Translations under genes and position numbers: made by a program | Notes under the pieces: model-generated | Databases searched by the model: none | What the model was told of the DNA's origin: nothing | The model's input: only the letters and a program-made list of their open reading frames with translations | Shown here: piece after piece, positions 35,157 through 43,975 of the stretch | How the letters are laid out: every line of letters begins with the position of its first letter | How positions within the stretch are numbered: position 1 is the first letter of the stretch | DNA from: Clostridia bacterium | Lineage (GTDB): Bacteria > Bacillota > Clostridia > Christensenellales > Borkfalkiaceae | Length of the DNA stretch: 64,000 nucleotides | Assembly: GCA_900767195.1 (NCBI GenBank) | Contig: CAAFYG010000078.1 | Location: forward strand, 32-64,031 | Direction of reading: 5' to 3'

Positions 35157-35429
35157 TCATCGAAAAGCGTTCTGTTTTTCCGCGGGGTTCGTTTCAACCT
35201 CTTCGGCGAAATCAACGGGATCGACGGGATCGACCGGCGGTTTGCGCGGAAGCAACCGCGAAGTTTTTATACCGAGTTCGAACGCTTCGTTACCGAGATC
35301 GTCGATTTCCATTCTTTCCCGCGTGGTAAAATCATACTGCGGCTTACTTGTAAGTCCGTTTATATATAGCGCAAGCTTTTCGATTTCACCGCTCAATTCC
35401 TTTAAAACGCCGTATCCTTTTCTATTCAT
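35157..35429 (-). CDS. Hypothetical small protein (90 aa) with PVDPVDPVD repeat, divergent from XRE regulator
   Basis: AAGGAGAAAAACAA RBS; 9-bp tandem DNA repeat gggatcgac x3 encodes PVD repeats. Confidence 0.4.
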   Translation of the reverse strand: MNRKGYGVLKELSGEIEKLALYINGLTSKPQYDFTTRERMEIDDLGNEAFELGIKTSRLLPRKPPVDPVDPVDFAEEVETNPAEKQNAFR

Positions 35430-35615
35430 TTGTTTTTCTCCTTATGAATATGCTGCATATCAATTTTCGGATATATACGAATACTATTCATATTTTTATC
35501 GATTATACCGCAAAATAATATGAATGTCAAGAATATATGCGCGAAATTCTTAAAAATATTGTTATTTTTCGGATAATAAATTAAAATTAGCAACGAGAAG
35601 GAGGAGGCGGACGGC

Positions 35616-35942
35616 ATGGAAAACAGGTTTAAAGAGCTGCGAAAAGAGAAAAACATCAGGCAAACCGAGTTGGCAAAAATGCTCGGCGTGAAACAAACCG
35701 CCGTTTCGAAATGGGAATCGGGGGTAGCCGTACCCGGCGCGGAAAAACTTTCGGCGCTTGCCGATTTTTACGACGTTTCCGTGGATTATCTTTTAGGCAG
35801 AACGAAATTTTATTATCCCGATAAAGTGGGCGAATTTCTTGCCGAAGACGAAAAACTGCTTGTGAAAAGTTATCGGAATTTGCCTGACGAGTGGAAAACT
35901 CAGGTGCGATCGTATATCGATCTGATCAATAAAAAAAGTTAA
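35616..35942 (+). CDS. XRE-family HTH transcriptional regulator
   Basis: 'LRKEKNIRQTELAKMLGVKQTAVSKWESG' HTH_3; C-terminal 'LLVKSYRNLPDEWKTQVRSYIDLI'; GAAGGAGGAGG RBS. Confidence 0.8.
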   Translation: MENRFKELRKEKNIRQTELAKMLGVKQTAVSKWESGVAVPGAEKLSALADFYDVSVDYLLGRTKFYYPDKVGEFLAEDEKLLVKSYRNLPDEWKTQVRSYIDLINKKS

Positions 35943-36148
35943 TTTTTGTCGTTTCGACGAATTGTTTATTGCTTTCCGTGGGCAACGCCGCGCGAAAGCA
36001 TTTTTTTGTTTGCTATTCTTCAATATCCAAGACATTGAAATTTGTAACTATACCATGCAAACGATATTTTTGTAACCCCCGGTTGCTCGTATCGGTAAAA
36101 AAATCCCCGGGAAAGCGTTTGCCCGCCCCGGGAAGTTATTTTTTTAGT

Positions 36149-36781
36149 TCAGCCCGCTTCATTCTCACCCGGCTGCGACAGGGGAATCCATTCGATAAAG
36201 CGGCGCTGCATAAATTCGTCGTTGTATTTCTCGTCGATCGTGCGCTCGATTTTGCTTCTCGGCTCTTTGCCGCTTCTGCGCTGCGCCCATCGCGCCATGC
36301 TCATTGCAGTGACGCCGATATTCACCGCCATGAACGCCGTAAGCGCAACGCACGCCGTTTTCACCGCGCGGTTTTGCGCTTTTTCAAACAGTTTTTCGGC
36401 GGGCGGCACGGCGAAATGCGCGAACAATACCCCCAGCAATCCCCACGCGAGCGTCATTTTCAAACAGATATGCCCGCGCACGTTTAAAAACGATTTCGTG
36501 TAATCCCACGCGCGCATTTTCATGCCGAATTCAAGCAGCAATCCCGCCGCGAGTTCCAACGCCGTGGCGATCGCCGCGAACGCTGCGAATTGCACCGCCA
36601 CGTTTTTGCCGCGCATCAGCACCGCGCCCGCGTAAAGCACCGCCGCCGCGAAACCGTACAGAAGATTGAACGGTCCCCACAGCGTGACTACGTGCGTTTC
36701 CCAATGCCCGTGCGCGATTTTGCAGAAGATCCCTTCCATCAGCACGCCCAGAAGGTTTCCGCCCATAAACAGGCAGAACAT
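36149..36781 (-). CDS. Membrane protein, putative ABC-transporter type IV (PF06541-like) family
   Basis: Polytopic; 'WGP' and 'GFAAA' features; start placed after engB stop (ORF track frame extends to 37045 overlapping engB). Confidence 0.45.
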   Translation of the reverse strand: MFCLFMGGNLLGVLMEGIFCKIAHGHWETHVVTLWGPFNLLYGFAAAVLYAGAVLMRGKNVAVQFAAFAAIATALELAAGLLLEFGMKMRAWDYTKSFLNVRGHICLKMTLAWGLLGVLFAHFAVPPAEKLFEKAQNRAVKTACVALTAFMAVNIGVTAMSMARWAQRRSGKEPRSKIERTIDEKYNDEFMQRRFIEWIPLSQPGENEAG

Positions 36782-36797
36782 CGTGATATAGCTGATT

Positions 36798-37622
36798 TTA
36801 TTCTTCGTTTCCGTCGGTTTCATTTTCGGCTGTTCCGCTTCCGTTTGCGGCTGCCGCGTTTTTGCCGCGCAAACCGTTTCCGCTCTCTGTTGTATCGTTG
36901 TTTCCTTTTTCATTTTCTTCTTCAGTATGCGCCGCTGCGGCGTTTGTTTCGCGGGCAAGGGCGAGAATTTCCGCGATTTTTTCGAGAATTTCCGCTTTGC
37001 CGATATTCTTTTCCGCGCCCGTGGCGATGATATTCCCCGCCGCAAGCCCCGCTTTCGCCGCGATTCTGATTTTCTGCTCTTTCAATTTCATTTTCGAAAG
37101 CTTATCGCCTTTCGTAAGCACGGCGGTGAACGGCACTACGTGATAATTCAGGTAATTCAGCATCTGCAAATCGTCCGCCGTGGGATCGTGGCGGCTATCG
37201 AGAAGCAGGCACACGTGCGCGAGTTCCCGCTTGTTTTCGAAAAATTTATCCAGCGTTTTCGCCCACTTCGCCTTTTCCGCCTTGGAAACTTCGGCGTAGC
37301 CGTATCCCGGCAGATCCACAAGGTAAAATTCGCCGAAATCGAAATAATTCACAAGCCGCGTTCTGCCCGGCGCCGCGCTCGTTTTCGCCAGCCGCTTCTG
37401 CCCCGCAAGCATATTGATAAACGTGCTTTTGCCCACGTTCGACTTGCCGCACACGGCGATCATCGGCTTATCCGCCTTGATAAACTGCGCGCTCGTTGCC
37501 GCCGATGTGACGAATTTCGCGTTTTTTATCACGAGCGAAGGCGTTTTTTCCTGCGCTTTTTCCTGCTCCGCGCCGCTTGCGCCGTTTGCGCCGGCTGTTT
37601 TGTTTTTGTAAAGATATTCCAT
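36798..37622 (-). CDS. engB: Ribosome biogenesis GTP-binding protein EngB/YsxC with N- and C-terminal low-complexity extensions
   Basis: G1 'GKSNVGKST', G3 'DLPGYG', G4 'TKGDK'; downstream of lon as in Bacillus lonA-ysxC. Confidence 0.85.
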   Translation of the reverse strand: MEYLYKNKTAGANGASGAEQEKAQEKTPSLVIKNAKFVTSAATSAQFIKADKPMIAVCGKSNVGKSTFINMLAGQKRLAKTSAAPGRTRLVNYFDFGEFYLVDLPGYGYAEVSKAEKAKWAKTLDKFFENKRELAHVCLLLDSRHDPTADDLQMLNYLNYHVVPFTAVLTKGDKLSKMKLKEQKIRIAAKAGLAAGNIIATGAEKNIGKAEILEKIAEILALARETNAAAAHTEEENEKGNNDTTESGNGLRGKNAAAANGSGTAENETDGNEE

Positions 37623-37702
37623 AATTTTTTACCGTAAAAACTTATCCGCGCCGCCTATGGTAGGGGCGTTTTTGTTTTTATTGCGTTTAAATTAACATTA
37701 TT

Positions 37703-40165
37703 TCAACACGGCATCGGGGCGCGCGTTTCGTGCGGTTCGTGTTTTTCCGCCTTGGTTTCTTCCGCGCGGTGCGTTTTAAAGCCCTCGATCGCTTCTCTGA
37801 ACACTTCTTCGGCGTTCGTGACGGGAAGAAACGTCATTTCTTCGCGGATCGACGCGGGAAGCTCTTCGAGATCTTTTTTGTTTTCGGCGGGAATAATCAC
37901 GCGGCGAATGCCCGCGCGGCGCGCCGCAAGTGCCTTTTCTTTCAGACCGCCGATGGGCAGTACCTTGCCGCGCAGCGTGATTTCGCCCGTCATTGCCACG
38001 CTCTTTTTCACAGGCAACCCGGAAAACGCGGAAAGCACCGCCGTTGCCATCGTAATGCCCGCCGAAGGGCCGTCTTTCGGCGTTGCTCCCTCGGGTATGT
38101 GAATATGCACGTCGCTGTTTTCGAAAAGCCCTTCGTCTAAACCGTACCGCGCCGCGTGCGAGCGGATAAACGTGAGCGCGGCGAACGCGGATTCTTTCAT
38201 CACGTCGCCAAGTTTGCCCGTCAGGCGCACGTCGCCTTTGCCTTTCACGATCGCGGCTTCCACCGTGAGCGTAACGCCGCCCACCGCCGTCCACGCAAGC
38301 CCCACAGCCGCGCCGACTTCCGGCTTTTTCTCTAATTCGCTTCTCGAATAGCGCGGCGCGCCGAGATAGTTTTCTACATTGCGCTCGGTGACGGATACTT
38401 TTTCGTGCTTTTCTTTTGCTTGATTTTTCGTAGCCGTTTCGCCGATTTCGTTCGCCGCACCCGTTGCTCCGGTTTTTCCGATGGCGTCCGCCGCCGAAAC
38501 GGCGATTTTGCGGCACACCGAGCCGATCGTGCGTTCCAGCGTGCGCACGCCGGCTTCCATTGTGTAGCCTTCAATGATTTTTCCGATCGCGCCGTCTGAA
38601 AACGCGGCGTCTTTTTCCGTTAAACCGTTGGCTTTGAGTTGCTTCGGCACGAGATACCGCCGCGCGATTTCCTTTTTCTCTTCGAGCGTGTACCCGGAAA
38701 GTTCGATAACTTCCATACGATCGAGAAGCGGCGCGGGAATGGTATCGAGCGTGTTCGCCGTGGTGACGAACAGTACTTTCGAAAGATCGTACGGCTCTTC
38801 GAGATAGCGATCGCGGAAAGAATTGTTCTGCTCCGGATCGAGCACTTCCAGAAGCGCGCCGGCGGGATCGCCGCGCATATCCGAAGAAATTTTATCGATT
38901 TCGTCCAGCAAAATCACGGGGTTGATCGTACCCGCGCTCTTCATCGCGTACAAAATCCGTCCCGGCATCGAGCCGATATACGTGCGGCGATGTCCGCGGA
39001 TTTCCGCTTCGTCTTTCACGCCGCCGAGACTCATACGCACGAATTTTCTGCCGAGCGCGCGCGCAATCGAACGCGCGATACTCGTTTTTCCCACGCCCGG
39101 AGGACCTACAAAGCACAAAATCGGTGCTTTCATACTGCCCGTCAGCTTTAAAACGGCGAGATATTCGCAAATTCTGTCCTTGATTTTTTCAAGCGCGTAA
39201 TGATCTTCGTTTAAAATCGCCGCCGCGTCCGCAAGTTTTTCGGTATCTTTCGTTTCTTCCGTCCACGGCAGATCAAGCACCTGATCGAGATACGATGTGA
39301 TCACCGTGTATTCGGGCGAAGAGGGCTGCATTTTGCCGAGCCGATCGACTTCTTTCAAAAATTTTTCGCGCATATACCCGGGCAAGTGCTTTTCTTCCGC
39401 CTTTTCGCGGTACTTGTCCTGTTCTTTGCCGTCGTCGCCAAGCTCGCCGTGAATCGCTTTGAGCTGCTCGCGAAGATAATAATCTTTCTGCGAACGCTCG
39501 ATGCTCTGCCGCACCGCGGACGAAATGCGCTTCTCGATTTTCGTGATTTCAAGCTCGTCGTTAAGCGCCTGTTCGAGAAATTTCATTTTCTCGATCACGT
39601 CGGTTTGTTCAAGCACCGCCTGCTTCACGTCGATCCGCACGCGCATCGCGTTCACCACAATGTTTACATATTCGTAGGGGTCGGTAACGAGTTCGAGTTT
39701 CGCCACCGTTTCCTTGCTTAATTTTCCGTCGGCAATCAGCACGTCCGCCACGAGCGCGCGGGTAGCGCGGAAATACGCTTCTTCCATCACCTCGTCGCCG
39801 TGCGCGATTTTCAGTTCGGCACATTCGGCATAGAAACAATCCGTTTTTGTAAACGCTTTTACTTTCACCGCGCGCTTACCCTCGGCAACCACGCGCACCG
39901 CGCCGCCGGGCAGGCTTGTGGACTGTCTGACTGCGGCAATCGTGCCTGCCGCGTACATATCTTCGGCTTCCACGTCGTTTTTGTCCGTGATTTTTTGCGT
40001 GCAGATCAGAAGTTCGCCGCCGAATTCGGCTGCGGATTTTTTAATCGCTTCGATGGTGGCGGCTCTGCCCGCGTCAAACGAGAAAACCGTGCCGGGGAAA
40101 GCCACTTTCCCGCGGAGCGGCACAACGGGAAGGATAATTTTTTTCTTTTTCGTATTCTTTTCCAT
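37703..40165 (-). CDS. lon: ATP-dependent Lon protease
   Basis: 820 aa; Lon N-domain, Walker A 'GPPGVGKTS', protease Ser-Lys dyad 'PKDGPSAGIT'. Confidence 0.95.
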   Translation of the reverse strand: MEKNTKKKKIILPVVPLRGKVAFPGTVFSFDAGRAATIEAIKKSAAEFGGELLICTQKITDKNDVEAEDMYAAGTIAAVRQSTSLPGGAVRVVAEGKRAVKVKAFTKTDCFYAECAELKIAHGDEVMEEAYFRATRALVADVLIADGKLSKETVAKLELVTDPYEYVNIVVNAMRVRIDVKQAVLEQTDVIEKMKFLEQALNDELEITKIEKRISSAVRQSIERSQKDYYLREQLKAIHGELGDDGKEQDKYREKAEEKHLPGYMREKFLKEVDRLGKMQPSSPEYTVITSYLDQVLDLPWTEETKDTEKLADAAAILNEDHYALEKIKDRICEYLAVLKLTGSMKAPILCFVGPPGVGKTSIARSIARALGRKFVRMSLGGVKDEAEIRGHRRTYIGSMPGRILYAMKSAGTINPVILLDEIDKISSDMRGDPAGALLEVLDPEQNNSFRDRYLEEPYDLSKVLFVTTANTLDTIPAPLLDRMEVIELSGYTLEEKKEIARRYLVPKQLKANGLTEKDAAFSDGAIGKIIEGYTMEAGVRTLERTIGSVCRKIAVSAADAIGKTGATGAANEIGETATKNQAKEKHEKVSVTERNVENYLGAPRYSRSELEKKPEVGAAVGLAWTAVGGVTLTVEAAIVKGKGDVRLTGKLGDVMKESAFAALTFIRSHAARYGLDEGLFENSDVHIHIPEGATPKDGPSAGITMATAVLSAFSGLPVKKSVAMTGEITLRGKVLPIGGLKEKALAARRAGIRRVIIPAENKKDLEELPASIREEMTFLPVTNAEEVFREAIEGFKTHRAEETKAEKHEPHETRAPMPC

Positions 40166-40299
40166 ATACTATTTTTACCCCGCGCGCGCGTACTTTAAAC
40201 AATTTTTGCGCCCGCGATTTTTTTCGCGCCTGATAAAGTACAAAGCGGTTTTTCGGAAAAACGCGCCGTTAAAGATTTTTGATTTTTTTTGCAATTTGC

Positions 40300-40477
40300 T
40301 TGACTTTTTTTTAAATATGCCGTAAACTATATTTGCTACACATCTTAATATGCCCGACAAGGGGGAATACTATTTGTAAAAAACGTATTCTCTCTCCCTT
40401 TGTTTGGGCAGATGTGTAGCAACATTGAGGGAAGCCGTTTTTTGGTGCGTTTCCCGCCGGAAGCGCACTTTTTTATT
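40300..40477 (+). promoter_or_regulatory. Promoter (TTGACT-17-TAAACT), ~90-nt long imperfect hairpin leader (13-bp perfect outer IR) and intrinsic terminator upstream of zinc-ribbon/EcsC-like operon
   Basis: IR arms ttgctacacatct (40333-40345) / agatgtgtagcaa (40410-40422); terminator GGTGCGTTTCC-cgcc-GGAAGCGCAC-TTTTTTATT at 40444-40477. Confidence 0.5.
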
Positions 40478-40530
40478 GTTCGCGAATTTTACACGGCATA
40501 TCATAAGAAACTTAAAGGAGGGTATACATA

Positions 40531-40914
40531 ATGAGTATATTCAAAAAACAAATCAAATTCATTTCGGCAATCTGCCCCGAATGTAAGGGAAACTTACAGC
40601 TCGACCCGAAGCTTGAAACGGCGATCTGTTCGAAGTGCGGCGCGCAAATTATCGTGCAGAACGCCCAAAAACCGAAAAAGCAAGGAAAGCTTGAAATCGT
40701 TTTCGACTTCGTGGAACGCCAGCAGGCGCGGCGAAAGCAGGAAAAGGAAGAAAAGCAACAAAAAGAAAAAGCCGAGCGCGAACGCGTTGAAGCAAAACGC
40801 GCCGAACGTAACAAAAAAATTTCCGAAAATCTTAAAGAAAATTGGTGGAAATATCTTTTGATCGGTATCGGCATTTGTCTGCTTTGTTCCGTACTTGCGA
40901 AAGCACTCGGCTAA
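40531..40914 (+). CDS. Zinc-ribbon domain protein with charged coiled-coil linker and C-terminal TM anchor
   Basis: CPECKG...CSKCG zinc ribbon; KR/E-rich stretch; C-terminal 'WWKYLLIGIGICLLCSVLA'; AAAGGAGGGT RBS. Confidence 0.55.
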   Translation: MSIFKKQIKFISAICPECKGNLQLDPKLETAICSKCGAQIIVQNAQKPKKQGKLEIVFDFVERQQARRKQEKEEKQQKEKAERERVEAKRAERNKKISENLKENWWKYLLIGIGICLLCSVLAKALG

Positions 40915-40925
40915 GGAGGTAAATC

Positions 40926-41804
40926 ATGGAAGAAACCGCTAAAAAACAAAGCGCAGTCGAAAAGGCGAAACTCGCCGCCATCAACGCGATCGACGAAAAC
41001 GGCAACGGAAAAATCGATCTGGAAGACGTGATTATCAAAGGCTTGAAAACGCCGGGCATCAAAATCAACCGCGCGGAATTTCTGACAAAAACGCTGAAAA
41101 AGCGTTTTCCGCAAGAAACGATCGACGCGGCGATCGCCGAATCGCCGATGCGTGCGAATATCGCGCAAGCCGAAATCGACAAAATGGCAAACGAAGCGAT
41201 CAATTTCGAACGCACGTGCGTTTCGGGCATTTCCGCCGCGCTCAGCGCGCCCGGCGGCGTGGCGATGGTTGCCACCGTTCCCGCCGATTTAATGCAATAT
41301 TACGCCTATCTTTTACGCATGGCGCAAAAACTGCTGTACTTATACGGTTTTCCGCAAATCGATACGGAAGAAACGGGCGAAAAATTCGACGACGGCACAA
41401 TGAACACGCTGATCCTTTGCTTCGGCGTGATGTACGGGGTAGCCGGCGCAAACAAAGCGTTGCTCACCGTTGCGAAAGCGCTTGGCGCGGGGTTATCGAA
41501 AAAGTTTATGCAAACCGCGGTTACAAAAGGTACGATTTACCCCGTTTTGAAAGCCATTCTGAAATGTTTTAACGTGAAGCTCACCAAACAGCTGGCTTCC
41601 AAAGCAATCAATCATTCGCTGCCCGTGATCGGCGGCGTGATCGGCGGCGGAATTACTTTTTTCTCGTTTAAATCGTGCGGGGAAAAATTGAAAAAAACTT
41701 TGTGCGACACTTATCTGAGCAACCCTGATTATCAGCCGCCGTTTGAAGACAAGGTTCAAAAAGACGCTTCGGAGGATGGCGTAAAAATGTCAAAAAAAGA
41801 ATAA
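40926..41804 (+). CDS. EcsC-family protein (probable)
   Basis: 292 aa; 'GGVAMVATVPADLMQYYAYLLRMAQKLLYLYGF' and 'LPVIGGVIGGGITFF' resemble the EcsC family; AAGGAGGT RBS. Confidence 0.5.
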   Translation: MEETAKKQSAVEKAKLAAINAIDENGNGKIDLEDVIIKGLKTPGIKINRAEFLTKTLKKRFPQETIDAAIAESPMRANIAQAEIDKMANEAINFERTCVSGISAALSAPGGVAMVATVPADLMQYYAYLLRMAQKLLYLYGFPQIDTEETGEKFDDGTMNTLILCFGVMYGVAGANKALLTVAKALGAGLSKKFMQTAVTKGTIYPVLKAILKCFNVKLTKQLASKAINHSLPVIGGVIGGGITFFSFKSCGEKLKKTLCDTYLSNPDYQPPFEDKVQKDASEDGVKMSKKE

Positions 41805-41914
41805 ACCCTTAGGGGTAGTAGCCGATTGAACGCGTTTTTAATTTAAAACTGCACAATAAACGCATACCCGCTTGCGGTTAATCGCAAGCGGGTAAATTTC
41901 CGTAAATAGACGTT

Positions 41915-43150
41915 TTACGCCGACTTTTTATACACAAGCACCGGCTCTGCGCCGTTTGTAATGCACTCTTTCGTAACGATCACCTCTTCCACGTCCGGCT
42001 CGGAAGGGATCTTATACATCACGCCCGTCATCACGCCTTCGAGAATCGTTCGCAAGCCGCGCGCGCCCGTCTTTAAGCGGATCGCCGTCTGCGCGATTTC
42101 CCGCACGGCGTCGTTCTCTACGGTAAGTTTCACACCGTCAAGCCCCACAAGTTTCTGATACTGCTTGATGATCGCGTTTTTCGGCTCGGTGAGAATTTTC
42201 ACAAGCGCGTCTTCGTCCAGCGGGTTTAAATTCACCACGATGGGAAGTCTGCCCACAAACTCGGGAATCAGCCCGAATTTCGTGAGATCCTGCGGCTTCA
42301 CGTCTTCCAGCGCGGAATAATCCACCTCGTCTTTGCCAAGGCGCACCTTGCCGCCGAAGCCGAGCGTGGTATCGTCCTTCCTGGAAGCCACGATTTTATC
42401 AAGTCCCACGAACGCGCCGCCGCAAATAAACAGAATATTCGTGGTATCGATTCTCAGGCACTCTTGCTGCGGGTGCTTTCTGCCGCCTTGCGGGGGAACG
42501 GAAGCCACCGTGCTTTCGATGATTTTCAGAAGCGCCTGCTGCACGCCTTCTCCCGATACGTCGCGCGTGATGGATACGTTTTCGCCCTTGCGTGCGATTT
42601 TATCGATTTCGTCGATATATATGATACCGCGCTGTGCGCGCGCCACGTCGTAATCCGCGTTCTGAATGAGTTTTAAAAGAATATTTTCCACGTCTTCGCC
42701 AACGTACCCCGCTTCGGTGAGCGTGGTGGCGTCCGCCGCCGCGAACGGCACGTTTAAAATGCGCGCAAGCGTTTTCGCAAGCAGCGTTTTGCCGCTGCCG
42801 GTAGGGCCGAGCAGCAGAATGTTGCTCTTTTCGATTTCCACGTCGTCGTCCTTTTTCTCGGCAAGCGAGTTGATGCGCTTATAGTGGTTGTACACCGCCA
42901 CGGAAAGAACGCGCTTCGCCTTATCCTGCCCCACGATATATTTATCGAGTTCCGCTTTGAGTTCGGCGGGCTTTTTCAAGGGGACGGACGCATTTTCCGT
43001 CTTTTCCTTTTCAAGCATCTCGTCGATCATCGTCTTACAGATTTCCACGCAATTTTCGCAGATAAACGTTCCTTCGGGGGAAGCGATCAGCTGCATCACT
43101 TCGCTTTCCTTTTTTCCGCAGAACGAACAATGTCTTTCTTTATCAGCCAT
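41915..43150 (-). CDS. clpX: ATP-dependent Clp protease ATP-binding subunit ClpX
   Basis: Start at [13 protein letters not shown] (zinc-binding C4) with AAGGAGGGT RBS; Walker A '[11 protein letters not shown]'; ORF frame extends to 43201. Confidence 0.95.
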   Translation of the reverse strand: MADKERHCSFCGKKESEVMQLIASPEGTFICENCVEICKTMIDEMLEKEKTENASVPLKKPAELKAELDKYIVGQDKAKRVLSVAVYNHYKRINSLAEKKDDDVEIEKSNILLLGPTGSGKTLLAKTLARILNVPFAAADATTLTEAGYVGEDVENILLKLIQNADYDVARAQRGIIYIDEIDKIARKGENVSITRDVSGEGVQQALLKIIESTVASVPPQGGRKHPQQECLRIDTTNILFICGGAFVGLDKIVASRKDDTTLGFGGKVRLGKDEVDYSALEDVKPQDLTKFGLIPEFVGRLPIVVNLNPLDEDALVKILTEPKNAIIKQYQKLVGLDGVKLTVENDAVREIAQTAIRLKTGARGLRTILEGVMTGVMYKIPSEPDVEEVIVTKECITNGAEPVLVYKKSA

Positions 43151-43292
43151 AGATTTACCCTCCTTGTGCTTTTTTCTGTGCTTTCTTTCGCCGCATATCA
43201 ACGAATATCATCAATGAATATAAACAAGCGCGCGACTTTCTTCCTGTTCCGGAAAGCTGCGCGCCGTTTTCGTTTTTATCCGGCAGGGGAAT

Positions 43293-43886
43293 TTATCTTC
43301 TGTCGAACACCTTGTCGATCAAGCCGTATTCACGCGCTTCGTCCGCGGACATATAATTATCGCGGTCGGTATCCCGTTCGATAATCGAAAGGTCTTTGCC
43401 CGTGTTTTCGGAAAGAATCCGATTGAGCTTGGCTTTGGTGCGCATGATGTGATCCGCCTGAATTTTAATATCGCTCGCCTGCCCCTGCGCGCCGCCGAGA
43501 GGCTGGTGGATCATAATTTCGGAATTAGGCAGCGCGTAGCGTTTGCCTTTCGCGCCGCTCGATAATAAAAACGCGCCCATGCTTGCCGCCATTCCGATAC
43601 AAATCGTGGATACGTCGCACTTCACGTAATTCATCGTATCGTAAATCGCCATACCCGCCGTAACCGATCCGCCCGGGGAATTGATATACAGGGAAATATC
43701 TTTCCCCGGTTCTTTCCCTTCCAGGTAAATCAGCTGCGCCACTACGGTGTTGGCAAGCGCGTCGTCGATCTCGCCGCTTAAAAACACAATCCGATCGTCG
43801 AGCAAACGGGAATACAGATCGTACGATCTTTCGCCCGCGCTCGTGCGCTCTACAACGTAGGGGATAAGCACGTTCTTTTCTTTCAT
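43293..43886 (-). CDS. clpP: ATP-dependent Clp protease proteolytic subunit ClpP
   Basis: Catalytic triad context '[11 protein letters not shown]', '[12 protein letters not shown]'. Confidence 0.95.
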   Translation of the reverse strand: MKEKNVLIPYVVERTSAGERSYDLYSRLLDDRIVFLSGEIDDALANTVVAQLIYLEGKEPGKDISLYINSPGGSVTAGMAIYDTMNYVKCDVSTICIGMAASMGAFLLSSGAKGKRYALPNSEIMIHQPLGGAQGQASDIKIQADHIMRTKAKLNRILSENTGKDLSIIERDTDRDNYMSADEAREYGLIDKVFDRR

Positions 43887-43975
43887 TCGATAGCCTCCGA
43901 TAGATTTTTAACGATTTTTAGCTATTTTAACCGTTTTTTTCGCGGCTTAAACGCTTTTTCACGTTTTTTAAAGAA

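Noticed and set aside
40166-40330. CtsR box or CIRCE heat-shock operator upstream of lon
   Set aside because: Neither the GGTCAAA direct repeat nor TTAGCACTC-N9-GAGTGCTAA is present. The palindrome found (ttgctacacatct...agatgtgtagcaa) is different and is reported as a finding instead.
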